Below, in pieces: positions 28,718-38,174 of a DNA stretch of 40,867 nucleotides. How positions within the stretch are numbered: position 1 is the first letter of the stretch; each line of letters starts with the position of its first letter. This DNA comes from a phage: sequence record PQ821741.1; one strand, given 5' to 3'. The notes under the pieces were generated by a model that ran no database searches, had not been told where the DNA came from, and saw only the letters and a program-made list of their open reading frames with translations. The position numbers were made by a program, and so were the translations under genes.

Positions 28718-30979
28718 ATGAGTAAGATTGAATCTGCCCTTCAAGCGGCACAACCGGGACTCTCTCGGTTACGTGGTGGTACTGGTGGTATGGGCTATCG
28801 TGCAGCAACCACTCAAGCTGAGCAACCAAAGTCCAGCCTATTGGACACTATTGGTCGGTTCGCTAAGGCTGGTGCTGATATGTATGCCGCTAAGGAGCAA
28901 CGAGCACGTGACCTAGCCGATGAACGCTCAAACGAGATTATCCGTAAGCTGACTCCTGAGCAACGCCGAGAAGCTCTCAACAAAGGAACCCTTCTGTATC
29001 AGGACGACCCATACGCTATGGAAGCACTACGAGTCAAGACTGGTCGTAACGCTGCGTACCTTGTGGACGATGACGTTATGCAGAAGATTAAAGAGGGTGT
29101 CTTCCGTACTCGTGAAGAGATGGAAGAGTATCGCCATAGTCGTCTTCAAGAGGGCGCTAAGGCATACGCGGAGCAGTTCGGGATTGACCCTGATGACGTT
29201 GACTATCAGCGTGGGTTCAATGGTGACATCACTGAGCGTAACATCTCACTGTATGGGGCACATGATAGCTTCTTGAGCCAGCAAGCTCAGAAGGGTGCCA
29301 TCATGAACAGCCGAGTGGAACTCAACGGTGTCCTTCAAGACCCTGACATGCTGCGCCGCCCAGACTCTGCGGACTTCTTTGAGAAGTACATCGACAATGG
29401 TCTGGTTACTGGAGCAATCCCGTCTGACGCTCAAGCAACACAGCTTATAAGTCAAGCGTTCAGTGACGCTTCTAGCCGTGCTGGTGGTGCTGACTTCCTG
29501 ATGCGAGTCGGCGACAAGAAGGTAACACTCAACGGTGCCACTACTACCTATAAGGAACTTATGGGCGAAGAGCAGTGGAATGCCCTTATGGTGACAGCCC
29601 AGAGAGCACAATACGACAACGATGCGAAACTGAACGAGAAGTTTCAACTAGATGTCAACTCTGCGTTGTTCGTAGACGACCCTCGTGTTGGCTGGGAGAA
29701 GCTCCAAGGAATCAAGGCTGAGCTAGATAAATACCAGCCGGGAGAGCAGATGACCCCTCAACGCGCCACGCTTATAGAGGCACAGAAGCAACTAAGAGCC
29801 AAGATGGTAGAGTGGGCCAAGAACGAGGCCAAAGCGCTTGATGAGGCTCAGAAGGCCGATAATAAGTTTAGGGTTATTGACGCTCAGTATCAGAAGCGAA
29901 TCAACGGAGAGTGGGTCTCTACGGACTTTAAGGACATGCCCACAAACGATAACACTGGGGAGTTCAAGCATAGCGACATTGTAAACTACGCTAACAAGAA
30001 GCTGGCAGACATAGACGCTATGGACATCCCAGATGGAGCAAAAGATAGACTCAAACTACAGTACCTGCAATCAGACTCTAAGGACGGGCCTTTCAGGACT
30101 GCCATAGGAACGATGGTTCAAGATGCGGCTCAGGAGTGGTCTTCTTCTGTGATGAACGGTAAGTTAGCAGATAAGACTCCAGCGATGGATGCCTTACGTA
30201 GAATCCGTAACGCAGACCCATACCTAATAGCGGCACTGTACCCTGAGCAGGCTGAGCTATTCTTGACGATGGACTTAGCTGACCGACAGGGTGTTGATGT
30301 GCAGGAGTTGATTGATGCTGAACGTCAGATTGCTACACGTTCTAAGGAGCAACGATTCGAAGATGATATAGCCTTTGAGAAATCACTTAATGACTCTAAA
30401 GTTCCAGAGATAGCTAATATGCCGACAGAACTAAGGGGGCTTGCTCGTAAGATTTATGACTCGGTTAAGTACCGCACCAACAACGTTGACATGGCTATGA
30501 CCGAGATGCAGAAGTTCCTTAAGGAGTCCACTACTACCTTTAACGATGATAGCCCAGACAACGAGGGAGTCATTGGGGTAATTCCGAGGAACTATCTACA
30601 GGTAAACGATGACCCTAAATCTTGGAAGCAAGGTAAGGATATTATCGACGCTGCCCTTAAAGGAATCATGGCGGCTAACCCAAGTATGGCCTCTGATAAG
30701 ATGACCGTATCGGTAATCGGGAAGTCTATCTACATCATGCCAACTACAGGGACTGGTCCACGGGTTCGTTACGACAAGGAGATGCTGTCCAAGGTCTGGA
30801 AGGAAACACAAGAGCGTCTCGCAACGGAAGCCGTTGAGAAGGCCCGTGATAAAGCTATAGCTGATGCCAACAAGCGAGCACCTATAGTCGCAGCTAAGAA
30901 AGCTCGTGAGGCTGGCGCTAAACGAGTACGAGATAAACGTAAACAGACTCCGAAGTTCATCTATGGACGCAAGGAGTAA
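28718..30979 (+). CDS. 15: Internal virion protein C (gp15)
   Basis: 753 aa; T7 gp15 homolog. Confidence 0.93.
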   Translation: MSKIESALQAAQPGLSRLRGGTGGMGYRAATTQAEQPKSSLLDTIGRFAKAGADMYAAKEQRARDLADERSNEIIRKLTPEQRREALNKGTLLYQDDPYAMEALRVKTGRNAAYLVDDDVMQKIKEGVFRTREEMEEYRHSRLQEGAKAYAEQFGIDPDDVDYQRGFNGDITERNISLYGAHDSFLSQQAQKGAIMNSRVELNGVLQDPDMLRRPDSADFFEKYIDNGLVTGAIPSDAQATQLISQAFSDASSRAGGADFLMRVGDKKVTLNGATTTYKELMGEEQWNALMVTAQRAQYDNDAKLNEKFQLDVNSALFVDDPRVGWEKLQGIKAELDKYQPGEQMTPQRATLIEAQKQLRAKMVEWAKNEAKALDEAQKADNKFRVIDAQYQKRINGEWVSTDFKDMPTNDNTGEFKHSDIVNYANKKLADIDAMDIPDGAKDRLKLQYLQSDSKDGPFRTAIGTMVQDAAQEWSSSVMNGKLADKTPAMDALRRIRNADPYLIAALYPEQAELFLTMDLADRQGVDVQELIDAERQIATRSKEQRFEDDIAFEKSLNDSKVPEIANMPTELRGLARKIYDSVKYRTNNVDMAMTEMQKFLKESTTTFNDDSPDNEGVIGVIPRNYLQVNDDPKSWKQGKDIIDAALKGIMAANPSMASDKMTVSVIGKSIYIMPTTGTGPRVRYDKEMLSKVWKETQERLATEAVEKARDKAIADANKRAPIVAAKKAREAGAKRVRDKRKQTPKFIYGRKE

Positions 30980-31005
30980 CTAAAGGCTACATAAGGAGGC
31001 CCTAA

Positions 31006-34000
31006 ATGGATAAGTACGATAAGAACGTACCAAGTGAGTATGATGGTCTGTTCCAGAAGGCGGCTGATGCCAACGGGGTCTCTTATGACCTTTTACGTAA
31101 AGTCGCTTGGACAGAATCACGGTTTCAACCCACAGCCAAGTCCAAGACTGGACCATTAGGCATGATGCAGTTCACCAAGGCCACAGCTAAGGCTATGGGA
31201 CTTAATGTAACCGATGGTCCTGATGATGACCGACTGGTTCCAGAGTTGTCTATCAACGCTGCTGCCAGACATCTTGCTGAGTTGGTGAATAAATTCGACG
31301 GAGATGAACTTAAGGCTGCACTTGCGTATAACCAAGGTGAGGGGAGACTAGGCGCTCCCCAGCTTGAGGCATACTCTAAGGGTGACTTCTCAGCTATCTC
31401 CGACGAGGGTCGCAACTACATGCGAAACCTCATGGATGTGGCTAAGTCTCCCATGGCTGGACAGTTGGAAGCGTTCGGAGGCATTACCCCAAAGGGTAAA
31501 GGCATCCCTTCTGATGTTGGTTTAGGAGACATTAAGGTCGAAGGGAAGCGTAAAGTAACAGATGCTATCCCAGAGTCAACTGGATTGGACATTAAAGGTA
31601 TCGAACAGGAGGCTCCGGCGAAATCATTCGCTACGGACTTTTGGGACCATCATAAACAGAAACCATCTGAGTATGACGACCGCTCAACATTCTTCGGATT
31701 CAAAGATGCTGCAAGTGCCGAAATTGACAACTCAGTCCTCGGTATGGCCTTCCGTGCTGGTCGCCTCGATAATAGTTTTGATGTGTTTAAGGATGTTATC
31801 ACGCCTACACGTTGGAACTCTACTATCTGGACTCCTGAGGAACTAGAGAGGATTCGAACAGAAGTTAAGAACCCAGCGTATCTAAATGTTGTTACAGGAG
31901 GTTCCCCTGAGAACCTTGACGACCTAATTAGATTAGCCAACGAGAACTATGAGAATGACCTAAAGAAAGCTGACGCAGGTATCGGGGCACAGCTTTCCGC
32001 TGGCGTTGTTGGTGCGGCATTCGACCCACTATCGTATGTACCGTTGGTTGGTGTGACAGGTAAGGGCTTTAAGTTAATCAATAAGGCTCTTGTGGTTGGT
32101 GCTGAGAGTGCGGCTATTAACATGGCCTCAGAAGGGCTGCGAACATCTATAGCTGGTGGAGACGCTAATTACACTGGTGCGGTGCTAGGTGGCCTTGTGT
32201 TTGGGGCAGGAATGTCTGCAATCAGTGACGCTATAGCCGCTGGGTTGAGACGTAGCAAACCTGAGGCTGAGTTCAACAATGAGTTCGTCGGGCCGTTGAT
32301 GCGTATGGAAGCCCGTGAGACTGCCTTTAACGCTAACTCTGTGGATATGTCTAAGATGAACACTGACAGCACCAAATTCGACCGAGAGTACAGCGGGGTT
32401 AACTACGCACCACTGGATACCGAGCCGGGTGCAGTTGTCCTCCCTCAAGGTCAAATCCTCAGTGACACTAACCCACTGAACCCACAGACCCTCAGTGAGT
32501 TTGAGGCGATAAATCCTGAACGTGCGGCAAGAGGTATCTCCTTAGGTGGGTTCACTGAGATTGGCCTTAAGACACTACGTTCTGAGAACGCGGGAGTTCG
32601 CTCCATTGCGCGTGACCTAGTGCGCTCTCCAACTGGTATGGAATCGGGGTCTAACGGTAAGTTCGGCTCGACCGCTGATGATATTCATAGTCGGCTATCA
32701 TCCAACGATAACCGCGATTGGAACCTATACTATGATAAGATGCGGGAAGTCATGAAAGACCCTGAGTTCACAACAGGTGCGCCTAAGATGAGCAAAGCAG
32801 AGGCCGTTGAGTTCATCGACCGCAAAATTGCGATGGCAATAGAGCACCCTGAGTTACAGGTAAACTTGTCTCCTAAAGAGCTAGACCTGATGCGCCACGT
32901 TAAGGGTCACTACGACCTCAAGCGTGAACTTATGGAAAACCCTGCTGTGTTCGGTAATCCAAATGCGGTTAGCATCTTCCCCGGCAGTCGCAACAAAGGC
33001 ACATACATTCCGAGAGTATATGACACCCAATCGAAGAATTTATATATTCAACGTTTGGGGAGCCGAGAGGCTTTACAGGATGCTATCGCTGAAAGTTCCC
33101 TTGCGTCATACTACCTGCGTCCAGAAGTTAAGGCGCGTATTGATGAGCACCTGATGGAAGTCAATGGACTTAAGTCAACTAAAGAAGTAACACATGATAT
33201 GGTTCGAAAGTATGCGATGGATAAGGCTTACGGTATCTCCCATACAGACCAATTCTCGTCGTCTTCTATTGTTGATGAGAACATCACGGGGCTTGTCGGC
33301 ATCGAGAACAATAACTTTCTGGAAGCACGTAACCTCTTTGACACCGATGTGCCAACCACGTTACCGGATGGCTCTACGTTCTCAGTAGACGACCTTCGCG
33401 TGTTCAGCCAGCGCATCCTTATGCCAGCATATGACCGCCGTGTAAATGGTGATATTGCTATCATGGGTAGCTCTGGTAAAACTACCAAGGAACTCAAGGA
33501 TGAAATTATGGCACTGAGTAAGCAGGCCGAAGGTAACGGGAAGTTGAAGGGAGAAGTCGAAGCTCTCAAGGATACCGTGAAGATTCTAACTGGTCGCGCC
33601 CGTCGCAGCCCAGAAGGTGCTTTAGGGACAGCTTTACGCTCTCTGAACGACATGACGTTCTTTGCTAAGAACTTCTATATGCCTCTCCAGAACTTCACGG
33701 AGATTGCCGGTATGCTGGTCAAAGGTAATGTCTCTGCTGTGACTCACGGAATCCCTGTGATTAACGATTGGGTTAACCGAAGGAAACCAATGCGAGCCTC
33801 TGAGATTAAAGAACTCCACAGTATGGTGTTCGGTAAGGAACTTGACCAGCTAATCCGTCCGAGTCGCGAAGACCACATTCGCAGACTTAGGGAGTCTACA
33901 GACACCAACGCTGTGTTGGCTAATGTGGTTGGTACTCTTCGTTTCGGTACTCAGGAGTTAGCTGCTCGTTCACCGTGGACGGTTATGCTAAATGGTACCA

Positions 34001-34980
34001 CTAACTACATCATTGACGCTGCCCGTCAAGGTGTCCTTGGGGATATTGCAAGTGCGGTATTATCAGGGACTGGTGCTAAGTTTGGTAAGGCAAATTATCT
34101 TAAGTCTGCATCAATAAGCCCTGAGCAGTGGAATGGTATCAAGCAACTATTTAGAGACCACGCCACTCGTGATTCTAGCGGTAAGTTCACAATCAGGGAC
34201 AAAAGAGCGTTCACCTATGACCCTCGCACAATGGACCTGTGGAGACTTGCTGATAAAGTTGCAGGTGAGACAATCATGCGACCGCACAAGATTTCCTCAC
34301 AGGACTCAGTTGCGTATGGGGCAGGTGTTAAGATGGTGATGCAGTTTAAGAACTTCGTCATTAAGTCTCTTAACGCCAGATTCGTGCGTAGCTTCTATGA
34401 GGCCACAAAGAACAACCGTGCGTTAGACCAAGCGTTAACACACATTGTCGCCTGTGGTCTTGCTGGTGGGTATTATGTTGGACAGGCTCATCTTAAGGCC
34501 GCTTCCTTACAGGAGGACAAACGTAAGGAGTACCTCAAGATGGCACTAGACCCGAAGATGATTGCTCATGCATCCATCTCTCGTAGCTCACATTTAGGTT
34601 CGCCACTTAGCATCTACGATATGATCGCTGGGGTGTTTGGTGATGACACCTATAAGTACACACGTTCCACTGTACTACCGAAGCAACCAGAAGAACGCGA
34701 TCGCACAAAAGCGGTCTCAGGTCGTCAGGTTACTGGTATGATTAGTGGTGCTTTAGGCGAGCAGATTCCTGCTTTAGGGTTCGCAGGGCAGGTTGGCGGT
34801 ACGGCACTTAATGCTGTATCACTACTGAAAGCGCCCAACAAGGCTACCGAGATGGAGTTCCGTACAGGGATGTTTAATACCATGCGTGAGATTGTTCCGA
34901 ACGACCCTATCACGCAGCAACTCATTATGAAAATTTATGAGGCAAACGGTATCCACATCAAGGAGACACCTAGGAAATAA
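31006..34980 (+). CDS. 16: Internal virion protein D (gp16) with N-terminal lytic transglycosylase domain
   Basis: 1324 aa; transglycosylase motifs ...WTESRFQPTAKSKTGPLGMMQF... Confidence 0.95.
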   Translation: MDKYDKNVPSEYDGLFQKAADANGVSYDLLRKVAWTESRFQPTAKSKTGPLGMMQFTKATAKAMGLNVTDGPDDDRLVPELSINAAARHLAELVNKFDGDELKAALAYNQGEGRLGAPQLEAYSKGDFSAISDEGRNYMRNLMDVAKSPMAGQLEAFGGITPKGKGIPSDVGLGDIKVEGKRKVTDAIPESTGLDIKGIEQEAPAKSFATDFWDHHKQKPSEYDDRSTFFGFKDAASAEIDNSVLGMAFRAGRLDNSFDVFKDVITPTRWNSTIWTPEELERIRTEVKNPAYLNVVTGGSPENLDDLIRLANENYENDLKKADAGIGAQLSAGVVGAAFDPLSYVPLVGVTGKGFKLINKALVVGAESAAINMASEGLRTSIAGGDANYTGAVLGGLVFGAGMSAISDAIAAGLRRSKPEAEFNNEFVGPLMRMEARETAFNANSVDMSKMNTDSTKFDREYSGVNYAPLDTEPGAVVLPQGQILSDTNPLNPQTLSEFEAINPERAARGISLGGFTEIGLKTLRSENAGVRSIARDLVRSPTGMESGSNGKFGSTADDIHSRLSSNDNRDWNLYYDKMREVMKDPEFTTGAPKMSKAEAVEFIDRKIAMAIEHPELQVNLSPKELDLMRHVKGHYDLKRELMENPAVFGNPNAVSIFPGSRNKGTYIPRVYDTQSKNLYIQRLGSREALQDAIAESSLASYYLRPEVKARIDEHLMEVNGLKSTKEVTHDMVRKYAMDKAYGISHTDQFSSSSIVDENITGLVGIENNNFLEARNLFDTDVPTTLPDGSTFSVDDLRVFSQRILMPAYDRRVNGDIAIMGSSGKTTKELKDEIMALSKQAEGNGKLKGEVEALKDTVKILTGRARRSPEGALGTALRSLNDMTFFAKNFYMPLQNFTEIAGMLVKGNVSAVTHGIPVINDWVNRRKPMRASEIKELHSMVFGKELDQLIRPSREDHIRRLRESTDTNAVLANVVGTLRFGTQELAARSPWTVMLNGTTNYIIDAARQGVLGDIASAVLSGTGAKFGKANYLKSASISPEQWNGIKQLFRDHATRDSSGKFTIRDKRAFTYDPRTMDLWRLADKVAGETIMRPHKISSQDSVAYGAGVKMVMQFKNFVIKSLNARFVRSFYEATKNNRALDQALTHIVACGLAGGYYVGQAHLKAASLQEDKRKEYLKMALDPKMIAHASISRSSHLGSPLSIYDMIAGVFGDDTYKYTRSTVLPKQPEERDRTKAVSGRQVTGMISGALGEQIPALGFAGQVGGTALNAVSLLKAPNKATEMEFRTGMFNTMREIVPNDPITQQLIMKIYEANGIHIKETPRK

Positions 34981-35000
34981 TACGACTCACTATAGGGAGA
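34978..35000 (+). promoter_or_regulatory. T7 promoter phi17
   Basis: taatacgactcactatagggaga, overlapping gene 16 stop. Confidence 0.9.
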
Positions 35001-35052
35001 GGTGAAAGAATCTTCTCCCTGTAGTCTCTTAGATTTACTTTAAGGAGGTAAA

Positions 35053-35736
35053 ATGGCTAACGTAATTAAAACAGTTTTGACTTACCCGTTAGATGGCTCC
35101 ACTCGTGATTTTAATATCCCGTTTGAGTATCTAGCCCGTAAGTTCGTAGTGGTAACTCTTATTGGTGTAGACCGCAAGGTCCTTACGATTAATACAGACT
35201 ACCGTTTTGCTACTCGCACTACCATCTCATTAACCAAGGCTTGGGGTCCAGCGGATGGATATACTACCATCGAGTTGCGCCGAGTAACCTCAACTACCGA
35301 CCGATTGGTTGACTTTACAGATGGTTCAATCCTCCGTGCATATGACCTTAACGTGGCTCAGATTCAGACTATGCATGTGGCAGAAGAGGCACGTGACTTA
35401 ACTGCGGATACAATCGGTGTCAATAGTGACGGTCACTTGGATGCCCGTGGTCGTCGAATTGTGAACCTAGCGAACGCTGTAGATGATTATGATGCCATCA
35501 ACCTACGTCAGGTTAAGCTGTGGAACAATAGTGCGTATCAATCAGCCGTGAACGCGAAGACCTCTGAGACGAACGCTAAGACCTCTGAGACAAACGCCTT
35601 AACATACCGCAATTCTGCTGCTGCTAGTGCCACCGCTGCAAGCACTTCTGAGACGAACGCGAAGACCTCTGAGACGAACGCGAAGACCTCTGAGACGAAC
35701 GCGAAGACCTCTGAGATTACTGCGAAGTTCCTATAA
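35053..35736 (+). pseudogene. 17: Tail fibre gene 17, N-terminal part, ending at premature TAA
   Basis: MANVIKTVLTY...FNIPFEYLARKFVVVTLIGVDRKVLT... matches T7/T3 gp17 N-terminus; frame ends ...TSEITAKFL* at 35734-36. Confidence 0.85.
35556..35723 (+). repeat. 21-bp tandem repeats encoding the heptad TSETNAK (2 units, 42-bp spacer, 4 units)
   Basis: gaagacctctgagacgaacgc repeated; two adjacent units are nucleotide-identical. Confidence 0.85.
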
Positions 35737-35868
35737 GGATGCTGCTGCTTCAAGTGCCACTGCTTCTGCTGCTAGTGCAGCTACCTGTAAGGCAGTTGCT
35801 ATAAGGATGCTGCTGCTTCAAGTGCCACTGCTTCTGCTGCTAGTGCAGCTACCTCTAAGGCAGAGGCC
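35733..35868 (+). repeat. Imperfect 68-bp tandem repeat inside gene 17 (35733-35800 and 35801-35868)
   Basis: First ~55 nt identical, 3' ends differ; copy 1 is +1 relative to the gene frame and carries TAA/TAG/TAA stops. Confidence 0.85.
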
Positions 35869-36489
35869 GACCGCGCGGAGCTACGTGCAAACCAAGCAGG
35901 TGGAGCTAGGGTTATAAACGGAATCTATCCAGATTCTAGTGGAAGCGTAACACTCACTACTGATGACATCAAAGACCCATCTGGTGTTACCATAATGATG
36001 GCTGTTCGATCTATGATTGACGCTATCTTTCCTGTCGGTATTCGCATGGATTGGCCTCTCGCTTCCCTTCCCGATAATCCAACACTTGGTGTTAAGTTTC
36101 TTAGGTTGGATGGGTCTAGCTTTGATAAAACACAGTACCCCAAGCTGGCTGCCATATATCCGTCTGGAGTTTTGCCAGATTTACGTGGTGAGTTTATTCG
36201 TGGCTGGGATGACGGGCGCGGGGTTGATGGTGGGCGCGTTGTTTTAACTGGTCAGAGCCAATCAGTACAGCAGCATACTCATGGTCTAGCGATGGCATAC
36301 AGTTCAGAGAGCGGTTACAAGGACAAGCTAGGCGCTGGCCCTAACTCTGACATGATTCCGATTAAAGATATGATTAAAGTAACCACTTTTACTGGTTCTG
36401 GTGAGTATTACTTAAAGGCGAATGATTCAACAGGTGTTGAAACTCGCCCGCGCAACGTCGCATTTAACTTCATCGTGAGGGCCGCATAA
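35803..36489 (+). pseudogene. 17: Tail fibre gene 17, C-terminal part with tip 1 (in frame with N-terminal part but separated by stops)
   Basis: KDAAASSATASAASAATSKAEADRAE...GEFIRGWDDGRGVDGGR...TRPRNVAFNFIVRAA*; no own start or RBS. Confidence 0.8.
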
Positions 36490-36841
36490 TGACACAGGCA
36501 AAATTAAACAGTGAATTTATTGCCACAGTAGCGGGTGATATGAAGATTCTAGTGGAAGCGTAACACTCACTACTGATGACATCAAAGACCCATCTGGTGT
36601 TACCATAATGATGGCTGTTCGATCTATGATTGACGCTATCTTTCCTGTCGGTATTCGCATGGATTGGCCTCTCGCTTCCCTTCCCGATAATCCAACACTT
36701 GGTGTTAAGTTTCTTAGGTTGGATGGGTCTAGCTTTGATAAAACACAGTACCCCAAGCTGGCTGCCATATATCCGTCTGGAGTTTTGCCAGATTTACGTG
36801 GTGAGTTTATTCGTGGCTGGGATGACGGGCGCGGGGTTGAT
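35931..36841 (+). repeat. 298-bp exact direct repeat (35931-36228 and 36544-36841), period 613 bp
   Basis: Base-by-base identical; both copies encode ...DSSGSVTLTTDDIKDPSGVTIMMAVRSMIDAIFPVGIRMDW...GEFIRGWDDGRGVD. Confidence 0.95.
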
Positions 36842-37123
36842 AGAGGGCGCGGATTAATGAGTGCTCAGGGCGATGCCATTCGGAATATTACTGGTCGCAT
36901 TAGGGGCGGGTCATCTGGGTCTTATGGTAAAATCTTCCTGGATGAATCTAGTGGTGCTTTTTTCCCTTCCGGTGAGGATGGAGAACAGTTCCATCCTTCA
37001 TCGACACCTCTACCTTATGGGAGATACAACACTGTAGATTTTGATGCTAGCAGGGTAGTCCCAACTGCCGACGAAAACCGCCCAAGAAACGTTGCGTGGA
37101 ATATGATTGTGAGGGCATCGTAA
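36539..37123 (+). other. Promoterless, startless second tail-fibre C-terminal cassette (tip 2)
   Basis: Reading frame opens after TGA at 36536-38; shared 298-bp stem then divergent tip ...NRPRNVAWNMIVRAS*; no RBS; first ATG is the internal Met-Met at 36608. Confidence 0.75.
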
Positions 37124-37157
37124 GCCTCGATATACTATAACAAATGAGGAGCACTTT

Positions 37158-37361
37158 ATGTTTTCGATTGATTTTAACAATGAGTTAGTCAAGGCTGCAC
37201 CTATTGTTGGCACAGGGGTGGCTGATGGTGCCGCCCGTCTTTTCTTCGGGCTGAGTCTTAATGAGTGGTTCTATGTTGCTGCTATCGCCTATACAGTGGT
37301 TCAGATTGGTGCCAAGGTAGTCGATAAGATGATTGACTGGAAGAAAGCCAATAAGGAGTGA
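37158..37361 (+). CDS. 17.5: Class II holin
   Basis: 67 aa MFSIDFNNELVKAAPIVGTGVADGAARLFFGLSLNEWFYVAAIAYTVVQIGAKVVDKMIDWKKANKE. Confidence 0.93.
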   Translation: MFSIDFNNELVKAAPIVGTGVADGAARLFFGLSLNEWFYVAAIAYTVVQIGAKVVDKMIDWKKANKE

Positions 37362-37366
37362 TACAT

Positions 37367-37636
37367 ATGGAAAAAGATAAGAGCCTTATCACGTTCTTAG
37401 AGATGTTGGACACTGCGATGGCACAGCGTATGCTTGCTGATTTATCAAACGACGAGCGTAGGACTCCACAACTCTATAACGCCATCAACAAACTGTTAGA
37501 CCGTCATAAGTTCCAGATTGGTAAGTTGCAACCTGATGAGCACATCTTGGGTGGCCTCGCTGGTGCTCTGGATGAGTACAAGTCTAAAGTTGGGGACGAT
37601 GGCCTCACTGATGACGATATTTACACTTTGCAGTGA
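37367..37636 (+). CDS. 18: Terminase small subunit
   Basis: 89 aa MEKDKSLITFLEMLDTAMAQRMLADLS... Confidence 0.9.
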   Translation: MEKDKSLITFLEMLDTAMAQRMLADLSNDERRTPQLYNAINKLLDRHKFQIGKLQPDEHILGGLAGALDEYKSKVGDDGLTDDDIYTLQ

Positions 37637-37690
37637 TATACTCAAGGCCACTACATATAGTGGTCTTTATGGATGTCATTGTCTACACGA
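37634..37690 (+). promoter_or_regulatory. RNase III site R18.5
   Basis: tactcaaggccactacatatagtggtctttatggatgtcatt. Confidence 0.55.
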
Positions 37691-37730
37691 GATGCTCCTA
37701 CGTGAAATCTGAAAGTTAACGGGAGGCATT

Positions 37731-38174
37731 ATGCTAGAATTTTTACGTAAGCTAGTCCCTTGGGTTCTCGCTGGGATGCTATTCGGATGGGGATGGCAAC
37801 TTGGGGCTGACTCAATGGACGCCAAGTGGAAACAGGAGGTACAGAATGAGTACGTTAAGAGAGTTGAGGCTACAGCGAGCACTCAAAGAGCACTCAATGA
37901 AATATCGGCTAAGTATCAAGAAGACCTTGCCGCGCTGGAAGGGAGCACTGATAGGATTATTTCTGATTTGCGTAGCGACAATAAGCGGCTGCTCGTCAGA
38001 GTCAAAACTACCGGAACCTCCGATGGTAAGTGTGGATTCGAGCCTGATGGTCGAGCCGAACTTGACGAGCGAGATGCTAAAAGTATTCTCGCAGTGACCC
38101 AAAGGGGTGACGCTTGGATTCGCGCTCTACAGGACACTATACGCGAACTACAGAATAAGCAGGAGGTTAAATAA
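37731..38174 (+). CDS. 18.5: i-spanin (Rz-like) gp18.5
   Basis: 147 aa with N-terminal transmembrane segment [22 protein letters not shown]... Confidence 0.9.
   Translation: MLEFLRKLVPWVLAGMLFGWGWQLGADSMDAKWKQEVQNEYVKRVEATASTQRALNEISAKYQEDLAALEGSTDRIISDLRSDNKRLLVRVKTTGTSDGKCGFEPDGRAELDERDAKSILAVTQRGDAWIRALQDTIRELQNKQEVK
37846..38097 (+). CDS. 18.7: o-spanin (Rz1-like lipoprotein) gp18.7, embedded in 18.5 in the +1 frame
   Basis: [52 protein letters not shown]... lipobox ISGC. Confidence 0.8.
   Translation: MSTLRELRLQRALKEHSMKYRLSIKKTLPRWKGALIGLFLICVATISGCSSESKLPEPPMVSVDSSLMVEPNLTSEMLKVFSQ

Noticed and set aside
28670-30910. Similar peptide (K)APIVAAK(G/K) near the C-termini of gp14 and gp15
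   Set aside because: Only a 7-8 residue match with different flanks; probably a shared short motif or chance, with no nucleotide-level duplication.
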